The position numbers and the translations under genes are program-made. A stretch of DNA of 64,000 nt from Phoronis australis. Lineage: Eukaryota; Animalia; Phoronida. The stretch spans positions 186,001-250,000 of the forward strand of contig NMRA01000453.1 in assembly GCA_002633005.1 (NCBI GenBank), given 5' to 3'. Within the stretch, counting starts at the first letter, position 1. Every line of letters begins with the position of its first letter. Positions 34,601 to 45,582 of this stretch are shown piece after piece. The notes below the pieces were generated by a model that made no database searches, was not told the origin of the DNA, and saw only the letters and a list, made by a program, of their open reading frames with translations.

Positions 34601-37600
34601 AAAGATCAAAACCTTGATTTTTATTGCCTGTAATGCTGAATAGTAAAAACTCATCTCAGTCTGAAAAACAAACTTCAAGCTTTGGAAAGAACTGGCAGAT
34701 TGTCCTTGCTTTAGACTATGGTCGGTGCATGAACCGACTTGCTCTACCGCAATTACATAACTGCCAAAACTTATGTTTTGATGGAAAATGCGTTTATGTT
34801 TTGCTCAAATGTAATTCTTGTTGTTGCAAGTTTCTTAATGTGTTATTGTAGGGACACAGACTTAACTATTAAATATTACGCTCAAAAAGTACTGCGCCAC
34901 ATTCAGCAAATCCGGTTAAGGCAGGAATTTCAACAGTTTTTGAAACGACCTCAGTCAAAAATGAATTTGGAGGAAGGTGAGAAAGAATCAAATTTTTATT
35001 GTCGTGTGGTTTATTGGTATCTTAAAGTGCGGCTGATTATTTTCTTGCATAATTATAAACACGCCCTGTTCTAGAGTACCTAATTAAGCGTACAAGAACA
35101 GTGTCAGCACCAACCTATGGCTTTATCCTTAGTGTTGTTCTAAGGTTTAGTTTTGTGTAAAGCTGAGTACTTGTTACATCAGCAACTCTTTGAAGTGTCC
35201 TAGATTACTGGCCTGTGTGTTTAATGCTGGACAAAAGTCTGATTGAAAACTCCGTCTGGAGTAGATTCCTAACGCGAGGCTCATGTATTTTTATCAAGAC
35301 TACCATTGATTTTGCACAGCAATTTTCTTGTCAAATTTCCATCCCGATGAATGTAGTAAAATCAAATGATCAAGTATCAAGTCATTAGCAAGTTCCAGAA
35401 AATCCAGCCAAAGCATTGAATGGCAGCATATTAAAGTTGTTGAAATGTTCTAAGTCTCTGGTTTCAAAATTGATCAATAATTCATTGAATAACTGTTTCA
35501 TGAAGAACAGACGGACATGACCGATATCCTCTGCTGACTGGCTCCATGTTTTTCTTTAAACACCTACTGTAATCTATTCTTTGATAAAGGATAAGCACAA
35601 ATAATTACCGTATTGTAGATTTACTGGAAAAATTCTGTGCTGGCTGTCAGGTACAGATAACGATGTCATGACATAGTTTTTCACATTTTATTGACTGAGT
35701 AGTGTTCCACTTGATGAGCCGCCATCATTTTATTCCAGGTGCTGTTTTGATTGCTCAGTGGTGTCAGCCATCTTGTGACATCACCATTAATGGTATAACA
35801 GACCAGTTGGACTCTATAGCTCAAATGGTGGAGCATGAACTAAGACAGTCACACCCTAAGCACCCCTACCTGTCCCGAGACTTGAGTCAGCCTGGTGAGT
35901 TGTTTGTGCTGAATTGTTCTATGACGGCAATTCTTCACTTCGCATATTCATGGCTGAGGAGTGAACTCTGTTTTGTGAAATTTCTCCACAGCAGTAAAGA
36001 CTAAGAACAATTAGTTTATTACAAGCATAGTTTGCAGTGTGTAGATGTCCTAAAACAACATAATTTGCTTATTTAAAGTTCCCATTATTTGCAAAAAGGT
36101 ATTCAGCCACAGAAAAAGGAAAAATACCATTACCATTTTGGTAATTATTTTTGTGCAAAATATGTTTTGTTTTGTTTTGGAGGACATTTTGTATATGATA
36201 TTTGTGCGATTGCAATATGCCATCTTGTGGAGTTCATTTGATCTTGATTTTGTTTATCTGCGCAACTTGTTGTGGCTGGCAGTAACTAAGAAAATGTGAT
36301 TTGACTCCCCCAAATAATGAAGACCAAAATATGCCTAGTCTGTCAGTTCTAGTACTGGAGGAGTGTTGACTATGGTAAATTATGCACTTATGGCATTGGG
36401 CAATTCATGGCAACATTGCATTCATTCATGTTGTGCCAACTCTTTTTGTAGACCCAGTATCTTCATCTTTCACACCAACACATCAAAGGCAGCTGTTAAA
36501 CACCTTGAATGTGGTATTATTCAAAAGGTTGCACTTTATTGGTAACACAGAAGATTACTATGATCCACGGAACTCTTACATCAACCAGGTATAGAGACAT
36601 GCCAAGGTATTCAATGAACATCAAAATTGTGACAGTGCTTTTAGTGAACACACTCTACATGCTTTGAGAATTTTAATGAACAAAATGTGAATCAACACAC
36701 TAGGAAGAAAATCACAATGTACAAGTTTTCTTTATAGTTACTTAAATGAGATTTCCAAGAAATACAGCACAGTTAAACTGATAGAAGTGAGTCGGATGAC
36801 CGGTTGTCAACCAGTCATCTAACCAAATCTGACCAAACAATACCAATGATGTACTAAATGTCATTAGCTTGGTCCCCTTTGCAGTCGTCATTTGACAATC
36901 TAGAACAACTAGTGAATCATCACATCATGCAAAAACATATGTTTGAAATCCTTGCAATAAAGGAGCATTTCAATATCCAGTCTAACTGGTGAAAATAAAT
37001 AAGACTAAGAAGACATTCATTGACAAGAATTTGCCTTCAAGTTGGCACTGCAGTTGGCTGTGTTTTCTGACTAATGAAGTGAACACACCAGTCGGGTACT
37101 TTACTGCTCAGCGGCTCGTTTCTGACTGGTCAAATTAAAATTCTCGGCCTATCCTATGTTTTATGTTGTCTAGTGTTAATGGCCACATAGCAACACTTGA
37201 CACTAGACATGTCGTTTCGCACTCTCACTTTAATATTAGACTGTATCAAAGTAGATTTTTTCAAAAAGGCAAAGTGCATTGTAGTCTATATTTTCATTGC
37301 TACCATTGACACTTGTTAAAATACTTTGCTGTTTGGGACCACTTGAGTTGATTTCAAGTAGGTGACAAATCCTTCTGTTTCATTTTCTGTAGACGCTGAT
37401 GTTGGCCAAAACTGAAATATGAACCACAGGTCTCTTGACTGCTTTAATAAGCAGTAAAAGTGAAATCAAAGTTTTTTCACCACGTGGGTCATTTTCACAT
37501 TTTATTTTATGATCAACTGTAGTGGAGGGTACTGTGTCCCAGAGTTTTTATTTGATTTTGAACAATAGAGATGTTGGCTGCAAAAAATAAAGACCTGGGG

Positions 37601-38934
37601 TATTGGTAGATGGTTTTGATGATTGTTTTAGGTAAATCAAAAATCTAAGACATGGTTCCCTGCAGTTTTGTTTTTTTTCTGGAAGTTATGTTAATCTTAC
37701 CCAGAAAATTGCTCACACTTGATTATAAACCAAGTGTCAAACCACACTGCCAATGTTTTTTTACTTAAAATGTTGTAATGTCATTTAGTCATTTGATGTT
37801 TTGTCATCATTTTTATTTTAGAAATTTTAAGAATTACATGGCATTGAAGTCATCACACAAAATACTGTTTCACCATGCTGACAGCTAATTCTGGTAACAG
37901 CATAAATTGTTGCTAATAACTTTTTGGCAAAATTCTAATTATGGAATGGTTTAACCACCTTACTAACTCTCCTGTAAACTCTCTCATTATCTGTTGGAAG
38001 ACTGGTCTTATGACGGGACTAGCTTTCTTCCACCCAGTCGCCATGACGAGTTATTCCATGTCGTTTTGTCTGAATACTTTTGTAATATGTAAAATTATGC
38101 TTATGATTTTTCTTTCTGTCCAATTTTAAGGTTCTTGAAAGGAAAACAGGTATCCCCATATCTCTGGCTGTGATATACCTTGCTATTAGTCGCCGGCTGG
38201 GAGTGAAATGTGAATCAGTTAATTTCCCATCGCACTTCTTTCTTAAGTGGCGTGAAAATCCAGAACTTGACAGCACCCAACAGTACACATTTATCGATGT
38301 CTTCAACAGAGGGCAGTTCATGTCCCAACATGACTGTGCATTGCTACTGCCCTTCAACCCTGCTGGTGGATTAGATTCAGATATTTACAAGAGTGTACCT
38401 ACAAGAGTGGTAAGCTAATCACTTTTTAAGCTATGTAATTTCCAAGATCCTTATACTGAAGTTCCACCATTTTGGATAACAAGGAATTTTATCAACTTGT
38501 AAACTTGTATTATTGATCAAGTCCCACCAGGTCACACTGCTAAACCCTTGAGCCAGGTTTCTAGCTCCTCAGCTCGGTTTTAACCATATATCAATAAAGC
38601 ATAAAAATATTTCCAGGTGATCAGTGCAATGGGCCCACATGCGAGGCCTGCGCACGTCTGATACAACGTGTATCAGACCACCTGCAATTATTTTTTTATA
38701 TATTATTCAGATTGTAACTTCATTCAATAATTGTCAGGAGTCTAATCTGATGGTATCTGATCCACCATGACTGTGCTAAGCTATTAAAAATAAATTATGG
38801 AACAATGACATTTTCAAAATTGGTAAATCACTCTTAATTCCTAATCAATATAAAAATCTGTTAAGGAGGTACAAGCTAGGATATTAGGTCTCTGTTAAGA
38901 ATTCTGTAGTAGGCAATTCCTACATGCGTGTGTG

Positions 38935-38966
<32 letters not shown>

Positions 38967-41900
38967 TGCGTGTGTTCTTGTGAGCCTGTATAGTAATAGG
39001 GGACAATAGACTGTCATAAAATCAGGTATTAATCAGTGCCTGGTTCTATGCAACGTTGGTATTGCAATATCACACCCCACGTTGCTGCTGTTGAACAAAT
39101 GAATGCAGTTAATGTCATGCAACGGTCAGAGTTATCGAGTCGATAACTTTAAGTGTTTTAATTAACCCAGGTTAGCTCTTTTATACTCTAGTTTGGGATC
39201 AACCAGTTAACAAAAGAAAGTATTTTAATGATGCGTTAATGATTTTTAAACTAATTTTCATCTTCACACAGACTTGTGAGTTGGGCAGAGCTGTTGCAGA
39301 CTACCAGTATATAATATCACTTACAAATAGAAGTCAGTTAGATTACAACTGGCAAGGGCATAATACTCATGTAAAATTACAAATTTTAAGCCAAAATGAT
39401 GAAGTTTTTGCGCTTAAAAAATCTGCAGCTTTTCAAGCACAAAAAGAGATTCAGTGGTAAATCCCTTAGTTTTGAAATGAAAGGCTTACTGACTTTTCAC
39501 TGTCAATGTTAGAGGAGTTGAAATACTTTTGGTCAAATGAAATTTTGGTTGTCAGCCCTGTCAGGAGTCCCATGGTTCTGATTCACAAAATTTCACATTT
39601 CAAGTGTAGACTAGGCATTCTTTTAATTTGACAGATTTTGTTTTGTGTTGTTTTGTGTTGTTTTGTCTCTGATTTTTTCATTTGAAAACTTGGATTTGTT
39701 GGAAAAGTTTACGAATTGATATAGTAAATATATAGACTCTGAGGTCAGCCAGTAGTGAAATATATTAAATAAATACAGAAAAATCAGGAACCCCAACTGG
39801 GAATCGAACGACAGGTCTCTAGATTGCCGGTTTAGTGCTCTTACCACTGAGCTAATGAGGACCTGATATCTGCACAATTACTGTTTACAGCCAACATGAC
39901 ATAACAGTTGGCTGTAAACAGTAATTGCGCAAATATCGGGCCCTCAGTAGCTCAGTGGTAAGAGCACTAGACCGGCAATCTAGAGACCTGTGGTTCGATT
40001 CCTAGTTGGGGCTCCTGATTTTTCTGTGTTTATTTGATATTTATGAATTGATTTTGTTAAGTTTATGATCAGATGTGAAATTGTTGGGGTTTAATAGTCT
40101 ATTAAACCCCAACAATTTTACTTCTGATCAGAGACTTAACAAAACTTCAAATCTATTTTTAAGCGTTGCAGCCAACTGAAAGTTGTCAATGTGAAGGCTG
40201 ATTTCATTGTTCACTACCACTAGTAAACATTGTATTTTAGGTGCTGGCACGTATGGTTAGAAATCTTGTGGCTGTTGAGGAAAGACAGATTCAGAGTGGA
40301 GGTAGTGGAGTGTCTAACTTACTCAGTAATCTTGAGTTGGGCACCATTATCTCCCCTGATGATCTGGAAACAAGAATCAGGCTTTGCAGAATCTGTATCC
40401 ATCAAAAGATCAACATAGCCGAGGTATGCACTCTTCAAAAAATGATCACAAATATGAAACATCAAATTAGCATAAGAAATTAAACTAACTAATTGCTCAT
40501 ACGTGTTCTGGGCTAAGGGATTCAAGTGAAGAAGGTAGTGAATACATGAGCTAGCTGACATATGGTGTTACATAATATTAACATAATTTATGATTGACAT
40601 ATGTCTCGAATAATAGAAAAATGATAAGTGCGTTGCACTAGCTCGTTACCAGAGATACATACTATATATTAAGTTTACAGTCTTGAACACCTATGATCAA
40701 TCGATCAGGTTTTAAACTCACCAGTGTTCAAGGATTCCCAGTCAATATGTTTCTTCATGTTGACTGTCGGCGTGGTACCAAATTATTGATATTGACCACT
40801 ACTCACAGTGGTCGTACTGTTTTTACTCTTTTTAAAAACTTGACAACTCGTCATAATTTGATCCCGGATCTTTATGATTGCAAGCCACTACCACTTAGGC
40901 ACTAGCGTCTCATTCAACTTTGCCGCTCTGTCAGCCAGTTTCAGATGTCTTGGAAACCTTGGCATATAAATCACAGTGAGAGCAAACTTCCATCGAGACA
41001 TCATGGTTCCCTCCATCATATTGTAGAGATAGTGTCCCTAATGTCTGTGCATAGCGATACCCCCTGTGATCATGATCTTCTGTTGGGAGGCTGTAATCAC
41101 TGGACAGGAAATAAAACAACCAAATCCTTGAATGTAGAAACTAAACTAAGTCAGTTTCTAGGAGTTTATCTCATGATGTTTATTCTGTCTATTTGATTTA
41201 GACTCTTGAACACCTTCAAAATATCGCTAGTTTCGGCCGTGGTCCCGCTGGGTTGCTGTCTCAGATGATGCTGGTTGCGGAACGGCAATTGAAGGAAGAA
41301 AAATCTGTTCCTAAGGTAAATTTGGTAGTGCTGTATAGCTTTGGGTGCCAAACTATCACAGTGCTACTTTGATTATGTGGTATTTATCCACACTGCTTCT
41401 CATCTGGAGGGCACTTGTTCCTCTGCTGCCATTTTGAGCATTATACATGGAAATTTGCACACTTTGGGATAGTTCGTGTTAGTATAGTTGGTTACCCGGT
41501 TCTTGGTTGAATGGTAGGAAGAGAGCTAACAAGGTAGCAGCAGCAAGTTGATGGAGAGCATCTTAAAAACTAACTCAGTTGTTGAGTTTCTACTGACACA
41601 CAAAGTTTATTAACTCTAACTACAATATAATGAATGAAAATGTGTGGGTTTTTGAATGACAATATTGAAAAATCGGGTGACCTGATCCAAATCATGAATG
41701 AAATGTTGACAGATGTCTGCCATATACTGGGTTTCACTATGACTAGATATTGGTCAATGACATACTAGTAAACAAAACACAAGGATGTCCTGGAATGGTT
41801 ATATAACATAAAATGTTTTTTTAAAGACAACTGTACATCATAGGAAATGGGTAAACTCGCTCTTATTTAACTTGATGAGAATTCATGACACACTCAGGGA

Positions 41901-43491
41901 ATTATACCAACACCAAAAAATCTGAGTTGGTTGGACACGATATATTGTTGTCATTTCCTAAGTATGCTGGCAGCCTAGTCTTTTCCAATACTATGTCAAA
42001 CATACAAGGAGTTTCTCTTCCTCAGCCTGTAATTTGTAGGGAATTGAATTTTCTTATTTCTTATTAAACAATCACCATTTAAAGATAATAGTGGAGGGTT
42101 TCCATGGAAACTAGAGAGACAAGCTCTTCTGGTCTGTGACCCTGGTGTCGCAGTTTAAGATTTCCCTAGGAAAAAAGGAACACCCTGTTGCATAAACTCA
42201 GGCCTCCTGATTTGCCAATCTGCATAGAGGATTTGCATGTTGTGTCGGCCTCTCATGGTTAATGGTCACATCTTTCTGTAGATAATGCCCAGACTACGCA
42301 GTGACAATCCTCAAGTGCAGTTCTCTGTCGGCATGATTATGAAACACAGGAGGTGAGTCTATTAAATTTGTTCTGATCGAACTTTCTTCTGAATCACCTT
42401 TATTACATACCTTTGATACACTTTCTTTACATTCTGATTATTGCAGGATAGACCTGATTTGGTTGAAAATTGACCAGGTTTGTTATCTAGTGATTGTTAC
42501 ATTATGTGACCAACAGGTGGTGTACAGACCAAACTTAAAAATGTTTGTGATTCAAACTATTTTGTTGAATATTCATGATTATTAAGCAGCAATTTGCAAG
42601 ACATGCACAACTACAGTATCCTGTGCAATACACTACTGTCACAACATAAACTTCAATACTTCACACAGATATCACTACAAGTGTGTCATCTATGGCTGGG
42701 ACAAGGAATGCTTGGCCTCTCCACCTTGGATGAGTCAGATGGGGGTGCCAAACTTACCCAACGGACAGTACCAGCCCTTCTACAATGTGCTAGTACACGA
42801 TGGCTCTACCAGATATGCAGCACATGGTCAGTGAAAGCTCAGAAGTCTGTGACATCATTTTTATGTTAAGTTGGTTTAGTGAAGGACAGTTAAGTGGTGT
42901 AAATTTGTTTACTCAAGCTCAAAACTGGGAGTTTGAGCGATTGTCTAGTAAAATGCTTGTGTCTTCTTCATATTTTGCATTCAAAAGTGGCTTTTCCCAA
43001 ACAATTTTCATACAGAAAATGCATTAGGCAGTGTACTTCCTACTAGGCAAAGTACTCAAGAAATAGACAGTGAATTAAAATACAGTCATTGGCTTCCATA
43101 TTTTTGTGTTTTTTGTAATTCAGGTGGAGAATTGGCAATTGATGTCTTTATTTGGAAATGCACTGGAATCATTTTTGTTCATGGTATCTAATAGGAACAT
43201 AAACATAAAAACTGATACATTGATGATTTTTTTATGTAGCTTCATTACTGGTATCAAAATATGCTTGCTGTTTATTCCAAAAATTTCCAACTTGTATATT
43301 CTATTTAAATTTCAGACAATTTAGAATTTATTGAAGAACCTTGTGTGATCACGCACTCAGAAATTGGCAGATATTTTCACTCATTCTGCGGTACCCACTA
43401 CGAAATGAATGAAGAGAAATGTCAAGAATATCCCCAGGATGCAGAGACGACTGTGAACCATGCGCACACTTACTATCAACACTTGACATAG
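31645..43491 (+). CDS. FBXO21: F-box only protein 21, ~617 aa (F-box, transglutaminase-like/SirB1 core, YccV/HspQ domain). Exons 31645-31850, 32988-33236, 34852-34976, 35739-35894, 36452-36588, 38131-38409, 40241-40423, 41202-41315, 42282-42352, 42669-42826, 43316-43491
   Basis: All GT-AG with consistent phases (1854 nt). F-box LTSLPHEILEHIL; motifs LTIKYYAQKVL, EGAVLIAQWCQP, GNTEDYYDPRNSYINQVLERKTGIPISL, VNFPSHFFLKW, FSVGMIMKHRRYHYKCVIYGWD, QPFYNVLVHDGSTRYAA, HSEIGRYF, EYPQD, as in FBXO21. Confidence 0.93.
34474..34559. repeat. 86-bp imperfect inverted repeat (hairpin) in FBXO21 intron 2
   Basis: ATATAACGTGCC..ATTTTGAGAACCAGTTT..TCCA / TGGA..AAACTGATTCTCAAAAT..GGCACGTTATAT. Confidence 0.75.
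38924..38975. repeat. (TG)n/(TGCG)n compound microsatellite
   Basis: Read directly; a shorter similar tract at ~12946-12975. Confidence 0.9.
39787..39864 (-). pseudogene. tRNA-like sequence, inverted partner of 39938-40015
   Basis: Reverse complement reads AGGTCCTCATTAGCTCAGTGGTAAGAGCACTAAACCGGCAATCTAGAGACCTGTCGTTCGATTCCCAGTTGGGGTTCC. Confidence 0.75.
39938..40015 (+). pseudogene. tRNA-like sequence (pseudo-tRNA, anticodon position GGC)
   Basis: A box TAGCTCAGTGG 39948-39958, D arm GCTC/GAGC, anticodon stem CTAGA/TCTAG with loop CCGGCAA (C at 33), B box GGTTCGATTCC 39992-40002, TTTTT 40019-40023. T and acceptor stems are imperfect. Confidence 0.75.
40052..40144. repeat. 93-bp near-perfect palindrome (46-bp arms, 1-nt centre at 40098)
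   Basis: TTTTGTTAAG..TGATCAGA..AAATTGTTGGGGTTTAATAG-T-CTATTAAACCCCAACAATTT..TCTGATCA..CTTAACAAAA. Confidence 0.88.
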
Positions 43492-44549
43492 TCATAACAC
43501 TTGTGTTAGTGACCTTTTTATTCACTGTTATTGTGCTCCGCTATACTTACCCTGGACATCTTCAAATTTGAATTACGCATGTGATTATTCACAACCCGTT
43601 CCAAGTGTTAGCACATTCGTGCTCCTTGGTTGCTGTAAAAGCTGTTGATAAACAGTGAATTACTCATGATGGTAATTGTAAGCTGTGGTTGTGTTTGTCT
43701 TTCACCAGGTTTAAGGTGTGCTTGTGGTGGTATGGGTGTTTAATGGAGAGTATGGCCTTGCCTTAAATTCTGAGTATGGCCTGGGTTTAGATTCTGAGAA
43801 TGGCACTTAAATGGTGATGCAGGTCTTTCGTTCAAGTGATTACCATTTAGTTATGAAATATTTTCTGGGACAGGTGACATCTGGATGTTGGTTCTCTTAG
43901 GTTGATGTACCACCAGCCTCAAGCGTACTTGACTGTTGTTAGCATTTCAAATTTTATTGTGGAGTTGTCAGTGCCTAAGGAATAGGTGGTCTAATGGCTT
44001 ATGAACAGATGCCCTTATCATTCAGCATCTTGAAATGTTTGTACACCTCCAGCACTACATCTTTCTGTGCCTCTCTCAAATCAGAGGTCAGTTTTCTTGT
44101 TTTGCGGTATAACTGTTAATCATTTACAACAGTGGCAGATTAGCTATGGAGTTTTACAAGTAACATGAAAGCGAAAAATATCGCTGAATTATGACACTGA
44201 AAATTGAGACTATTAAAACAGTCAGTTAGCCTGCCTCTCCATTCTTGTGTGGTATTACAATACCATATAATGTATAAACGTATTCGTGTTATATTTATTG
44301 TTTAAAATTGCTTATTAACACGAGACTTTGGTGTCAGTAATTAGCTTCTGTTTGTGCAGAAACTCCAAAACTGTCCTGCTGCATTGTTCAGAAAATTGCC
44401 CTTTGTTTTTTTTCAATAACTTGACTTTCTTGTTGTCATAAAAGCAAGTAGTGAGAAGGTTTGTTTCCAATGTCTAATTGTGTCTGCTCAATACTTGCAT
44501 TATCAACAGACATTTTGATGCAATTTAATATGTGAAACATTTAAAGAAC

Positions 44550-45316
44550 AATAAAATATTTTTATTTCTAAACCATTTCCATGGCTGTTGTTTTCCTCAT
44601 TGTTCAATACATATTTCTGTTTATGGTCTCATGCTGCAGTTTTAAACAATGGAAAAGAACAGTAGTTTAACAAGAACGACATGGCATTTAAATTGACTCG
44701 TTTTTAAGAGAAGTACAACAAATAGGAACACCATACTCTGTTATGACTTATGATTCTAGATCAAAAATTCAACATTGAAAGTACCGGTATATACTTTTTG
44801 AAAACACCAAATATTATGCAGAACATAGGGAATCACTGTCTTGTTACTAATTGTTTTCCAGCAATCAAATTGAATTATAATGTAGTATCCCACAATATTT
44901 ATTTTGCATCAGTAATAATAATTTTGTCTTGTTTAATGAAAGTTGAAGAGAAAGAAATCTCAATGCATTAAAAAAAAGATTGCCTTACCTACAACATGGT
45001 AGTTTAGTGAGATCATGTGTTCAAAATCTCATGTAAACTTTGATGAAACCATTGTCAAGAGCCGTCAGCAGTAGGACATCTTGAGGTAAAATAAATCGCT
45101 CGGATTCTTAAATGTGCACATTCATTATTAATTTTATGATATGGATGTGCACAACGCTGTAATGAGCCCTTTCTGACGATACATTTATTTTAATTTCATG
45201 ACTACAGGAGATAACAACAAGTTATATTATACCACTGACAGTGAGCAGAATGCCATTGTGTTTTGCTTATTTCTACTTTAACATTACAAGAAGACATGTT
45301 TAGCAAACAGTTTATT
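44550..45316. terminator. Convergent poly(A) signals of FBXO21 (+, AATAAA 44550-44555) and TEKT1 (-, TTTATT 45311-45316)
   Basis: Hexamers lie downstream of each stop codon; not experimentally verified. Confidence 0.45.
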
Positions 45317-45582
45317 TTAAATAAAAATAAAAACAATGTACGCAAAACGATGCGTGCTCCATATAGCTAGCATTCAATAATGCTTAGTTTACTAAAGAAG
45401 TGACCAATACCAGCATTCGTCATGCAACAAGTTTCCTTCCTAACTGTAGTGGCAGAAATTTTCCATTCAAGTGGCAACAGCAGGAAATGTACAAGGCTGT
45501 TGTCACTAATATAAACCACATCAAGTTGGAAAGTTTCCACATAGGTAGTCAGTGTACAAGTGTGTATACAGTCTCTTGCCAA

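Larger units (their letters stand above)
39762..40040. mobile_element. Palindromic element made of two head-to-head tRNA-derived cassettes
   Basis: 134-bp arms (about 11 mismatches by eye) around an 11-nt spacer (39896-39906). Each arm has an A box, a B box and a T5 terminator. Confidence 0.8.

Noticed and set aside
37390-37425. Hammerhead-ribozyme-like CTGATG...GAAA (also 39738-39760)
   Set aside because: The core lacks the CUGANGA consensus and I could not build stems I-III.
39938-40015. Functional tRNA-Ala(GGC) gene
   Set aside because: C instead of U33, defective T and acceptor stems, and eukaryotes normally use AGC(IGC) rather than GGC for Ala. Treated as tRNA-derived.
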